DNA of 64,000 nt. Origin: an uncultured delta proteobacterium (GTDB lineage: Bacteria > Myxococcota > Myxococcia > Myxococcales > Myxococcaceae). The notes below the pieces were generated by a model, which did not search any database, was not told the DNA's origin, and saw only the letters and a list, made by a program, of their open reading frames with translations. This document shows, in pieces, positions 52,172 to 60,221 of this stretch; position 1 is the first letter of the stretch; each line of letters opens with the position of its first letter. The stretch spans positions 32,001 through 96,000 of the forward strand of contig CAVYSY010000011.1 in assembly GCA_963771175.1 (NCBI GenBank). The letters are read 5' to 3'. Made by a program: the position numbers and the translations under genes.

Positions 52172-53041
52172 ATGAACAGCCGCATGCTCCGTCTCACCAG
52201 CGCCATCGCCAGCATGTTCCTCGCTGGTCCCGCCCTGGCCGCCGAGACCATCTACGACAGCACCGACCCGGCCATTACCTACACCGGCTCGTGGAACCAC
52301 GAGACCAGCAGCACCTACTACCGCGCCCACGCTGGCACGCTGAGCGAGACCCGGACCGCCAACTCCGCCGCGTCGCTCACCTTCACGGGTGGCTCCACCA
52401 TCTCGCTCGTCTTCACCATGGGCGGCAATCGCTGGAAGTCCAACGTCTACATCGACGGCCAGCTCGTGGAGACGCTCAATACCCGGACCCCGGTGTACAA
52501 CCAGCGCTGGCAGGTGATGAAGACCTGGAGCCTCGATCCCCGGCTCACCTCGCACACCATCGAGGTGGTGGCGCTGGGGGCCGTCGATGGCCAGGACACC
52601 CAAGTCAGCTGGAGCGACGTCGACGCCTTCATCGTCGACACCTCCGCCGCCATTCCTCCCTCTCCGGGTGTCTGGGCGGCCTACCCCTATAACGATCCGG
52701 AGGTGACGTACGCCGGGGCGTGGACCTTCTACCCGGACCCCACCGCCACCGCCGGCGCCCGTGCGCAGTCGCAGGAGAAGATGAACTCGGCCAGCTTCAC
52801 GTTCTACGGCAGCTCCGTGCGGCTGGACTACTTCGCTGGTGGCAACCGGGGCATCGCGGAGATCGCGCTCGACGGCAAGGTGCTGACCGACCTGGACATG
52901 TACGGCCCGGGCGAGTCGCGCTCCAAGCGCTTCGACACGCTCATCGGCTACCACACCCTGACCGTCACCGTGGCGGGCCGGAAGAACGCCCTGTCCACGA
53001 ATGATGTCGTGAGCATCAACGGCTTCCGGGTGCTGCGCTGA
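52172..53041 (+). CDS. Secreted protein with two tandem jelly-roll (carbohydrate-binding-like) domains
   Basis: AGGAGG RBS, signal peptide ending PALA; two repeats D..ITYTGSW / D..VTYAGAW...FTG/FYG...IDG/LDG...HTI/HTL. Confidence 0.75.
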   Translation: MNSRMLRLTSAIASMFLAGPALAAETIYDSTDPAITYTGSWNHETSSTYYRAHAGTLSETRTANSAASLTFTGGSTISLVFTMGGNRWKSNVYIDGQLVETLNTRTPVYNQRWQVMKTWSLDPRLTSHTIEVVALGAVDGQDTQVSWSDVDAFIVDTSAAIPPSPGVWAAYPYNDPEVTYAGAWTFYPDPTATAGARAQSQEKMNSASFTFYGSSVRLDYFAGGNRGIAEIALDGKVLTDLDMYGPGESRSKRFDTLIGYHTLTVTVAGRKNALSTNDVVSINGFRVLR

Positions 53042-53056
53042 CCCTCGGTTGACACG

Positions 53057-53091
53057 CCAGCGCCTGCTCAACCAAGGGGAGCAGGCGCTGG
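53057..53091. terminator. Hairpin between convergent genes (possible bidirectional terminator)
   Basis: CCAGCGCCTGCTC / GAGCAGGCGCTGG perfect 13-bp inverted repeat. Confidence 0.55.
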
Positions 53092-53104
53092 TGATCGCCG
53101 GGCG

Positions 53105-54226
53105 TCAACTCTGCGTCGAGAGGATGTCCGGCATGATGCGGTCGAGCTGGAGGCGGATCAGGCTGCACCGCGTCTCCGGCCCTACCAGCACGAAGATGCC
53201 CATGTACCCGAGCGGCTTCACCTCGATGGGGTGGAGCAGCAGCGAGCCTCGTGGCGTCTCCACGATGATGTCCGAGGGCTCCCACCCGCCCGGCTTCAGC
53301 TCCTTCAGGCTCGACGTCAGCAGCTCCCTCGCGCTCCTGGCGAGGATGTCCGGGGCGGGCCCCTGAGCTCCCCTCGTCATCAGGTGAATGCCGGACTCCA
53401 AGGCCACGACGCCTGCCATGAGGCTCGACTCGAGGCACTGGAGCTTGCTCAGCTGCTCGCTCACCCGCTCCACGGCGGCCTTCGCCTGCGAGTCCTCCCT
53501 GGCCGGCACCGCAGCTGACACCGTGGGGGCCGCCGGTGCCGCAGGAGTCGCGGGAGCCGCCGGCGCCGCGGGGACCACGGATGTTATCGGCGCCACGGCG
53601 GGAGGTTTGAGCTGGTTGCGCTGGGCGTCGACGAGCGTCGACAGGGCATCCAGCGCGTTCTTCTCTCCCATCTGCGAGACGAGCCACGGCAACGCCGTGC
53701 GCCCGGCTTTATCCAACTCCGCCGCCGCCCGCAGCGCCTCGGCGATGTCGAAAGTCAGGCTCCCGGCGTACGGACGGTTGGAGGGCACGAACATCGTGAC
53801 GAGGCTCGGCCAGGAGAAGGGCTGTAGCAGCCCTTCCGCCACGTGCTTCAGGAGCACCTTGCGGATGCTCTCCATGTCGAGGAGGCCCCAGCTGACCACG
53901 GTCTCCGCGAAGTTGGCCCCGGTCCGCTTGCACTCGGCCACGACGGCGGAGAGGTCCGTCTCGCTGAGCAGCTTGCTGTCGATGAGCTGCCGGCCCAGCG
54001 TCCGGGGGACGGTGCTCGCCGTCGCCCACACGACGTGTCCCTTGAGGACGTAGATGCGGGCGGTGTGCATCTCGTACTTGGCGACGACTTCTCCCCCGAC
54101 CTCGGAGCGCAGCGCCTCGCGAAGCGTCGTGAGGAGCGAGAGGTGTCCCGAGCGCAGTGCCAGCGCCGCACCCGTGTCATCTCCCTGCTCGTGCGGCTTG
54201 CTGGCGGTGTCTGCCGAGACCGACAT
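53105..54226 (-). CDS. DUF4388-like N-terminal domain, Pro/Ala linker and Roadblock-like C-terminal domain
   Basis: AGGAGG RBS; ARIYVLKGHVVWA..TLGRQLI; C-terminal MAGVVALESG...DIIVET...LLLHPI. Confidence 0.6.
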   Translation of the reverse strand: MSVSADTASKPHEQGDDTGAALALRSGHLSLLTTLREALRSEVGGEVVAKYEMHTARIYVLKGHVVWATASTVPRTLGRQLIDSKLLSETDLSAVVAECKRTGANFAETVVSWGLLDMESIRKVLLKHVAEGLLQPFSWPSLVTMFVPSNRPYAGSLTFDIAEALRAAAELDKAGRTALPWLVSQMGEKNALDALSTLVDAQRNQLKPPAVAPITSVVPAAPAAPATPAAPAAPTVSAAVPAREDSQAKAAVERVSEQLSKLQCLESSLMAGVVALESGIHLMTRGAQGPAPDILARSARELLTSSLKELKPGGWEPSDIIVETPRGSLLLHPIEVKPLGYMGIFVLVGPETRCSLIRLQLDRIMPDILSTQS

Positions 54227-54278
54227 GGCTTCATCCTCCTGCAACGGCGCTAGCTCCTGGGCCAGGCACGGTGGTCTC

Positions 54279-54644
54279 TCAGGTCAGATCCTTCACGATC
54301 AGTGGCGCGAGGCGCTCCATCGTCATCTTCGCGAGCGCCTGGTTCCCGTCGTTCGAGAGGATGGTGATCATGTGCACGTGGGCGTTGTCGCTGCCGCCCG
54401 TGCAGAGCATCACGACGATGCCCTTCGGCGTGTACAGCACCAGCTCGCGCATCGCCTCCAGGCCGATCTTCAGGCAGACATCGTGTGCCTGCCGGAAGAT
54501 GTCATTGAAGGTCGCGCTCACCAGGCCGAGATCGATGCCGCCCGAGGCATCCCCGACGAGGAGATCGCCCGTGTAGTGCATGACTCCCGCGGCGAGGTAG
54601 CCCCGGATTCCCTTCAGCTCATTGACGTACTTCTGCAGATCCAT
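54279..54644 (-). CDS. Roadblock/LC7-like domain protein
   Basis: 121 aa, LKGIRGYLAAGVMHYTGDLL...ELVLYTPKGIVVM...GNQALAKM; AGGAG RBS. Confidence 0.65.
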   Translation of the reverse strand: MDLQKYVNELKGIRGYLAAGVMHYTGDLLVGDASGGIDLGLVSATFNDIFRQAHDVCLKIGLEAMRELVLYTPKGIVVMLCTGGSDNAHVHMITILSNDGNQALAKMTMERLAPLIVKDLT

Positions 54645-55043
54645 GCCGCTTCTCCTGGATGGCCTCGAATCGATTCCGCCCTACTGCTCGGACTTCCCCA
54701 CGCACGGGTCGTGGACCCACAGTCGGGAGGTAATCTCTCCAGCGTGTACCCACGTTATGTTGTGGAGTCAACGATTCCAGGGGACCGGGCCGAGAAGGCA
54801 TCAAAGAAATTGACAGGCACCAGCCTCCACACCCGCGCATCGAGCTCCGCTTCACGTTCTCGGAGGTGGGTTTTCGAGCCATTCCGGACAGGACCCGACA
54901 CGTCCTGTGCCCCGGCCAGCCCTGGATGGTCCGACCCGACCTCCCAGGTCGGGCCTTTGCTCAGGGGTTCCACCCCGCGTCGCCATGAGTCCCCACGCGG
55001 CTCCTCATTGACCCGGTACGGAGCAATGGGTTGAATTGGCGGC

Positions 55044-55259
55044 ATGAGCGACACCGAGGACACCCAGCGCTACAAGGTCGTGGTCAACCACGAGGAGCAG
55101 TATTCCATCTGGCTCGCGGAGCGCGAGAACGCCCTCGGCTGGAAGGACGCGGGCAAGGAGGGCACCAAGGCCGAGTGCCTCGACTACATCAAGCAGGTAT
55201 GGACGGACATGCGCCCGCTCAGCCTGCGCAAGAAGATGGAGGAGGCAGGCAAGTCGTGA
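55044..55259 (+). CDS. mbtH: MbtH-like protein
   Basis: [12 protein letters not shown]...GW...[18 protein letters not shown]. Confidence 0.95.
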   Translation: MSDTEDTQRYKVVVNHEEQYSIWLAERENALGWKDAGKEGTKAECLDYIKQVWTDMRPLSLRKKMEEAGKS

Positions 55260-55274
55260 GGTGCCGGGCCCGGC

Positions 55275-55646
55275 TCACCTCGGTGGGGCGCTCGTCGCGG
55301 ACATCGCGAAGGCGCGCATCCTCTCGGGAGGGCAGGGCTTCAGCAGCACGGTGACATCGGTCGGGAGGATGTCGCGCGCCGGGCTCTGGGTGGTGTGGAG
55401 AGCACAGCGCAGCTCCGGTGTGCGAGCCCGCAGGGCCGACAGCAACGACAGCCCGTCCATACCCGGCAGGATGTACGCGGCGATGACGACCGAGGGCGGC
55501 TCCTGCTCCGCCAGCTGCAGGGCCTCTTCTCCGCTGGTGGCCAGGCGCTTGGTGCCGGGAAGATCGCGGAACAGTCGTCGCATCGCCGAGAGTTGCAGCG
55601 GATCCTCGTCGACGAAAAGATAGGAGGGCAGGGCGTCCACGGTCAT
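55275..55646 (-). CDS. Atypical receiver-domain protein
   Basis: LFVDED, SGEEAL, VIAAYILPGMDG (no phospho-acceptor Asp), LLKP. Confidence 0.75.
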   Translation of the reverse strand: MTVDALPSYLFVDEDPLQLSAMRRLFRDLPGTKRLATSGEEALQLAEQEPPSVVIAAYILPGMDGLSLLSALRARTPELRCALHTTQSPARDILPTDVTVLLKPCPPERMRAFAMSATSAPPR

Positions 55647-55771
55647 CCGGGACCTCCAGGACCAGGCATGTAACGTGACGGGTCCTCGGTCGGACGTACT
55701 ACCCCAGTCGTCCTGGGAAACCAACCTCCCGAGTCATATTGCCACTGCCGAACCACTCGGGTCCCGGGACA

Positions 55772-56143
55772 ATGGCAAAAAAGCTCGCAACCAGGCTGGG
55801 GGAAAGCGCACGCGCAGCCCGCCAGCGCCTCAACCTCACACAGGAAGATGTGGCGGAGCGCATCGGCATCGCCACAGAGGTATACGGGCGGCTGGAGCGC
55901 GGCAACATGCTTCCGAGCGTCCCGACCTTCCGGAAGCTGTGTGCGGTGCTGGCCCTGTCCGCGGACGAGGCCCTGGGGCTGGCCACCGAGAACCCCGCCC
56001 CGTGGACCCCTCCGCCTCCTCCTCCCGAGGCCAGTGAGCCGGCGGAGCTCCGTCGCTTGCTGCGCCGGGCCCGTCTGTTGGATCGCAACTCGCTCCGGGT
56101 GCTCAGCCTCGTCGCGGCGCACCTGGGACAGAAGAACGGTTAG
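55772..56143 (+). CDS. XRE-family helix-turn-helix regulator
   Basis: ARQRLNLTQEDVAERIGIATEVYGRLERG...PSVPT. Confidence 0.88.
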   Translation: MAKKLATRLGESARAARQRLNLTQEDVAERIGIATEVYGRLERGNMLPSVPTFRKLCAVLALSADEALGLATENPAPWTPPPPPPEASEPAELRRLLRRARLLDRNSLRVLSLVAAHLGQKNG

Positions 56144-56157
56144 GGAGGGTGTCTGTC

Positions 56158-57342
56158 TCACGGTGAGAGCCTCGCGCGTAGCCTCTTCGCCGATGGGAAT
56201 CCATGGAAGAGCACCACCTGCGGGTGTGCCTCCAGCTCCGCGCGCTCCTGGGTGCCCTTCGCCAGCGCCCGATCCACTCCCAGCAGCAGCCCCGCGTCCG
56301 GTCGTGAGCGCAGCTCCTCCAGCCGCCGCGCCAGCGGGCCCGCGTGCCACGCGTGGAACAGCTCCAGCGCCACCTCTCTCCCCGACTCCCGGTGACGGAA
56401 GGTCAGGTCCGGCACGCACAACCCGGCGGCTCCCATGTGCCGTGGCAGAGGCAGCAGGTCCAGCTCCCAGTCCGCGTCGTCGAAGCCCTGCGCCAGCGTG
56501 GCCACCTCGGGCGGGATGTGGCCCAGCGCCGGGCCGTGCGGTGAGACCAGCGGATCCTTCTCGTCCAGCACCAGTGTCACCCGGCGCCGGGGGCTCTCGA
56601 GCGCCGCCGTGAGGTGCCAGTGCTTCAGCACGGGCACCACCGACAGGAAGGTGGCGAGCTGCAGTCCGTACTTCTTCTGCAGCGCCAGCATGGCCCCCGG
56701 GCCCTCCACCTCGAGCACCCAGTCCTCGCCGTCGCGCCGCACCTCGGCCACCAGCCGGCAGAACTTCAGCCAGCGCAGCACCTTGCGCACCCGCAGCAAT
56801 TCCGGCGCCCGCGCTCGCAGCGTCAGCCTCCGCGCGTCGAACAGCGGCCCCTGCGCCAGCGCGAGGTTGTAGCGATCCAGCAGCTCCGCGGGCGAGAGCG
56901 CTTCCCACTCCAGCAGCTTCCGGTGACCTGGCAGGTCGGCATACAGGGCCTCGCGCAGCTCGGGCAGCGGGCGGGGGAGGGCCTCGGCCAGCCGTGCCTC
57001 GTAGCCCTCCACCGTCGCGTCCGCGGGCAGCGCGCGCAGCACCTTCGCGGCCTCTCGGAAGGTCTCCGCGCGCGCCTCGGCGATGCCCTCCGCGGGCTCC
57101 TCGAAGCGCATCCGGTCCACCAGCAGCTTCACCAGCCCCCGCGCCACCTTGGGCCGCGTGTGCGCGCCGGCCCGCAGGCCCAGCGTCTCCTCCACATCGT
57201 CCCGCGACTGTCCGAGCCCCGCCTCCACCTCGGCGATGAGCTCGCCCGCCAGCGCGAGCAGTCCCGGGTCGTCCCGCTTCACGAAGGAGGGACGCAGCTT
57301 CCCGTCGCGCACCCGGAAGAGGAGCAGCTCGCGCGTCAGCAT
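56158..57342 (-). CDS. DUF790 family protein (Bax1-like endonuclease)
   Basis: MLTRELL, LYADL, LLDRYNLALAQG, VEGP...KYG, PD...E nuclease-like segment VPDLTF...ALELF. Confidence 0.85.
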   Translation of the reverse strand: MLTRELLLFRVRDGKLRPSFVKRDDPGLLALAGELIAEVEAGLGQSRDDVEETLGLRAGAHTRPKVARGLVKLLVDRMRFEEPAEGIAEARAETFREAAKVLRALPADATVEGYEARLAEALPRPLPELREALYADLPGHRKLLEWEALSPAELLDRYNLALAQGPLFDARRLTLRARAPELLRVRKVLRWLKFCRLVAEVRRDGEDWVLEVEGPGAMLALQKKYGLQLATFLSVVPVLKHWHLTAALESPRRRVTLVLDEKDPLVSPHGPALGHIPPEVATLAQGFDDADWELDLLPLPRHMGAAGLCVPDLTFRHRESGREVALELFHAWHAGPLARRLEELRSRPDAGLLLGVDRALAKGTQERAELEAHPQVVLFHGFPSAKRLRARLSP

Positions 57343-58717
57343 GCCTCGCCTCCTCCTGGTAGGCCCGGTGCTGGCGCCGCCGCTCGCTGATGGAGGCCTC
57401 GGCCGTCTGCGCCGAGCACACCTCGTACAGGAGGGCCCGCTTCCCGGGCCGCTGGCGGAGGATGCGGCCCAGCCGCTGCACGTGCTCGCGCACGCTGCCG
57501 CTGCCGCTGAGCACCACGCCCACCCGCGCGTCCGGCACGTCCACGCCCTCGTTGAGCACTCGCGAGGTGAGCAGCACCGGCAGCTCCCCGCTCGCGAAGG
57601 CGGCCAGCAGCGCCTTGCGCTCGGGCACGGGCGTGTGGTGCGTCAGCGCCGGCAGCAGCAGCCGCCGCGCCAGCGTGTACACCGTCTCGTTGTCGTCGGT
57701 GAAGACGATGGCCCGGTCCTCGCGGTGCTCCAGGAGGATGCGCCACAGCACGTCCACCTTCGCGCTGGAGGTGAGGGCGATGCGCCGCTGCTCCCGGTAG
57801 CCCCGGTACGCCGCGCGCCCTTCCTCCGTGCGCTGGCTCTCCGCGAGGAAGCGCGCCCAGCCCTCCGGCACGTCGAAGCGGATGCCCTTCTGGCGGATGA
57901 AGGCCAGGTAGCGCGCGCGCGCCTCGTCGTGCCGCGCCTGCTCCTCGGGCGTCAGCGGCACTTCTATCCGGCGCACCTCGTACGGGGCCAGGTAGCGCCC
58001 CTGCAGCTCGCGGATGTCCGTGCGGTGCACCAGCGGCCCCAGCAGCTCCTCGCACACGCGCTCGCCGCCGTCCGTGCGCTCCAGCGTGGCGGTGAGGCCC
58101 AGCCGGTAGGGCGCCAGCGAGCCCTCGGCGATGAAGCGGTAGCTGGGCGCCGGCAGGTGGTGGCACTCGTCGCAGATGAGGAAGCCGAAGCGGTTTCCGT
58201 GGAACTCCGTCTGCATCGCCGCCGAGTCGTACGTCGTCACCGTCAGCGGCTGCCGGTCGCTCACCCCTCCGCCCAGCATCCCCACCGGCACGCCCAGGTG
58301 CCGCGACAGCACCCCCTGCCACTGCGCCATCAGGTCCAGCGTGGGCACGACCACCAAGGTGGGACGCTTCACCTGGGCGATGGCCAGCACCGCCAGCAGC
58401 GTCTTGCCCGCGCCCGTGGGCAGCTCCACCAGCCCGCGCCCGCCCGCGCCGCTCCACGCCTCCAGCGCGGCCCGCTGGTGGGGGAAGGGCTCGATGGGGG
58501 TGGCCAGCGCCACCTCCAGCGGCTCGAAGCGCTTCGCCCGGTCCTCGTAGGGCAGGCCCAGCTCGCGCAGCCGCAGCACTACCTCCCGGTAGTGGCGCGC
58601 CGCGGCCCGGTACACCCCGGTGCGCGTGTCCTTCTGGAACAGCGCGCGCAGGGCTCCGTCGTCCGGCAGCGAGGGCGCCACCAGCGTGCCGCAATCGAAG
58701 TGGAGCTCGGTGGCCAT
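57336..58717 (-). CDS. XPB/Rad25-like SF2 helicase (apparent frameshift just before the stop)
   Basis: LPTGAGKT, VVVPT, TTYDS, DECHHL, LGLTATLER, VLNEGVDVP, QRLGRILR. Confidence 0.9.
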
Positions 58718-59024
58718 CGGTTGAGGGACGGGAGTAGCCCGATATTCGTGCCAGCGCCAGAGCATGACTTTTGAGGTGGGTTTTTCGCCGGCTGGCTGGC
58801 TGTTCAGGGAGGAAACTTGCAGGGGCCTTATAGGTGGAAAGAGCGGATTTGCATGTAAAATAATACTTACGCGGTATCTCCGCACGGTCTGGATTCCGTG
58901 TCTCTTCGTGCGGGGGGATGAGTGGGGTGCCCAGGGAGGGCTCGAGCGCCGGCTCGCCGGGCAATGGGAAAGGATGGGGGGCTATCCTCTTCGCGCCCCA
59001 AAGGGCCTACCCTTCCTCATCCCC

Positions 59025-59435
59025 ATGATGCGCCGCATCGTCATCCTCAGTCCGCACCGCCCCTCCCGGGAGCTGCTCTCGCGCCTCCTGACGGAGCCGG
59101 GCCTGTCCGTCGTCGCCATGGCGGATGCCGACGAGGCCCTGGACTCCATCGCCGAGGACGAGCCTGCCCTGGTGGTGGTGGACGCGCGCCGGCCGGACGA
59201 GGACCACCCCTTGCTGTTGGGGTTGCTCAAGCGGCGCTACCCGCGCCAGCCCCTCATCACCCTGGTGCCCGGGCGCTTGCGCGTCTTCGACGGCAACGAG
59301 GAACGGGTGCGGGAGGTGCGTGACGGCTCGACCGAGGGGCTGCACCTGCTGCTCAGCGAGCTGCAGCGGGCCACGAGGGATCTGCTCGCCCAGCACCTGC
59401 TGCGCATGCTGCGCCCGCCCATCGGCGAGGCCTGA
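59025..59435 (+). CDS. Degenerate receiver-like domain protein
   Basis: RIVILS, ADEAL, PALVVVD; lacks the acidic pocket and KP motif. Confidence 0.55.
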   Translation: MMRRIVILSPHRPSRELLSRLLTEPGLSVVAMADADEALDSIAEDEPALVVVDARRPDEDHPLLLGLLKRRYPRQPLITLVPGRLRVFDGNEERVREVRDGSTEGLHLLLSELQRATRDLLAQHLLRMLRPPIGEA

Positions 59436-59571
59436 CGGGCGGACGTTCCGCTGGTCCCTGGAGGCGCGCTGGCGGCACTGCTCGACGGCCGCGCGCCCGG
59501 GTGGGGCCAGAGTCGGGGGGGAGGGGGCCGGAGGGACTCGGGTCGCGAGCGCCCTCCGGCACCACCCGTTC

Positions 59572-60201
59572 TCAGAGGTGCAGCCGGTAGCCCACGCCGG
59601 CGGCCAGGAAGCCGCCGATGTTGACGTCACCCGTGGTCAGGAAGCCCACGCGGGTGAAGTGGTAGTGGACCTCGGCGAAGATGCCGCCGGGGCCCAGCTT
59701 GTACTCGAGGCCGCCGAGGAGCTGGAAGCCCACGGTGCCCTCGGTCTCCGTGTACGTGCTACCGAAGGCCTCGGACCTGGCCCGGTGCAGGTAGAGGCCC
59801 GGGCCGGCGCCCACGTACGGAGTGAGGGTGCCCTCGAAGCGGTAGACGGCCGACAGCAGGATGGCCATCTCGCGCTCGGTGAGCTTGTACGCACCATCCG
59901 CCTGGAGCTGCGGGTCGCTGAGCGTGCCGCTGACGTTCGGCTGGTGGAAGTCGAACTCGGCGACGATGGCCAGGCGGTTGTCCAGCAGCGGGGTGAGGTA
60001 GCCCACCTCGCCCCCGACGAAGAAGGCGCCGCTGAGCGGGGTGGTGGTCTTGAAGAAGCCCAGCTTGGGAGCCAGGAGGATGGTGCCTCCAGACTTCGTG
60101 GCGGAGGTGGACTCGGCGGCGGGCTCCGCCTCCGGCGTGGGGGTGGCGGGCTCGGCGGTCTGGGCGAGCGCGAGGAGGATGAGGAGGGGAAGGGCGTTCA
60201 T
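59572..60201 (-). CDS. Small outer-membrane beta-barrel protein
   Basis: Signal peptide; amphipathic strands TPYVGAGPG, GGLEYKL, GVGYRL at the C-terminus. Confidence 0.8.
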   Translation of the reverse strand: MNALPLLILLALAQTAEPATPTPEAEPAAESTSATKSGGTILLAPKLGFFKTTTPLSGAFFVGGEVGYLTPLLDNRLAIVAEFDFHQPNVSGTLSDPQLQADGAYKLTEREMAILLSAVYRFEGTLTPYVGAGPGLYLHRARSEAFGSTYTETEGTVGFQLLGGLEYKLGPGGIFAEVHYHFTRVGFLTTGDVNIGGFLAAGVGYRLHL

Positions 60202-60221
60202 GGTGGTGTGTTCCCGGGTGC

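Noticed and set aside
55643..58885. 1080-aa helicase fusion ORF
   Set aside because: After the helicase end it runs out of frame over the DUF790 gene as Arg/Gly/Ala-rich text; best explained by an indel removing the stop near 57336.
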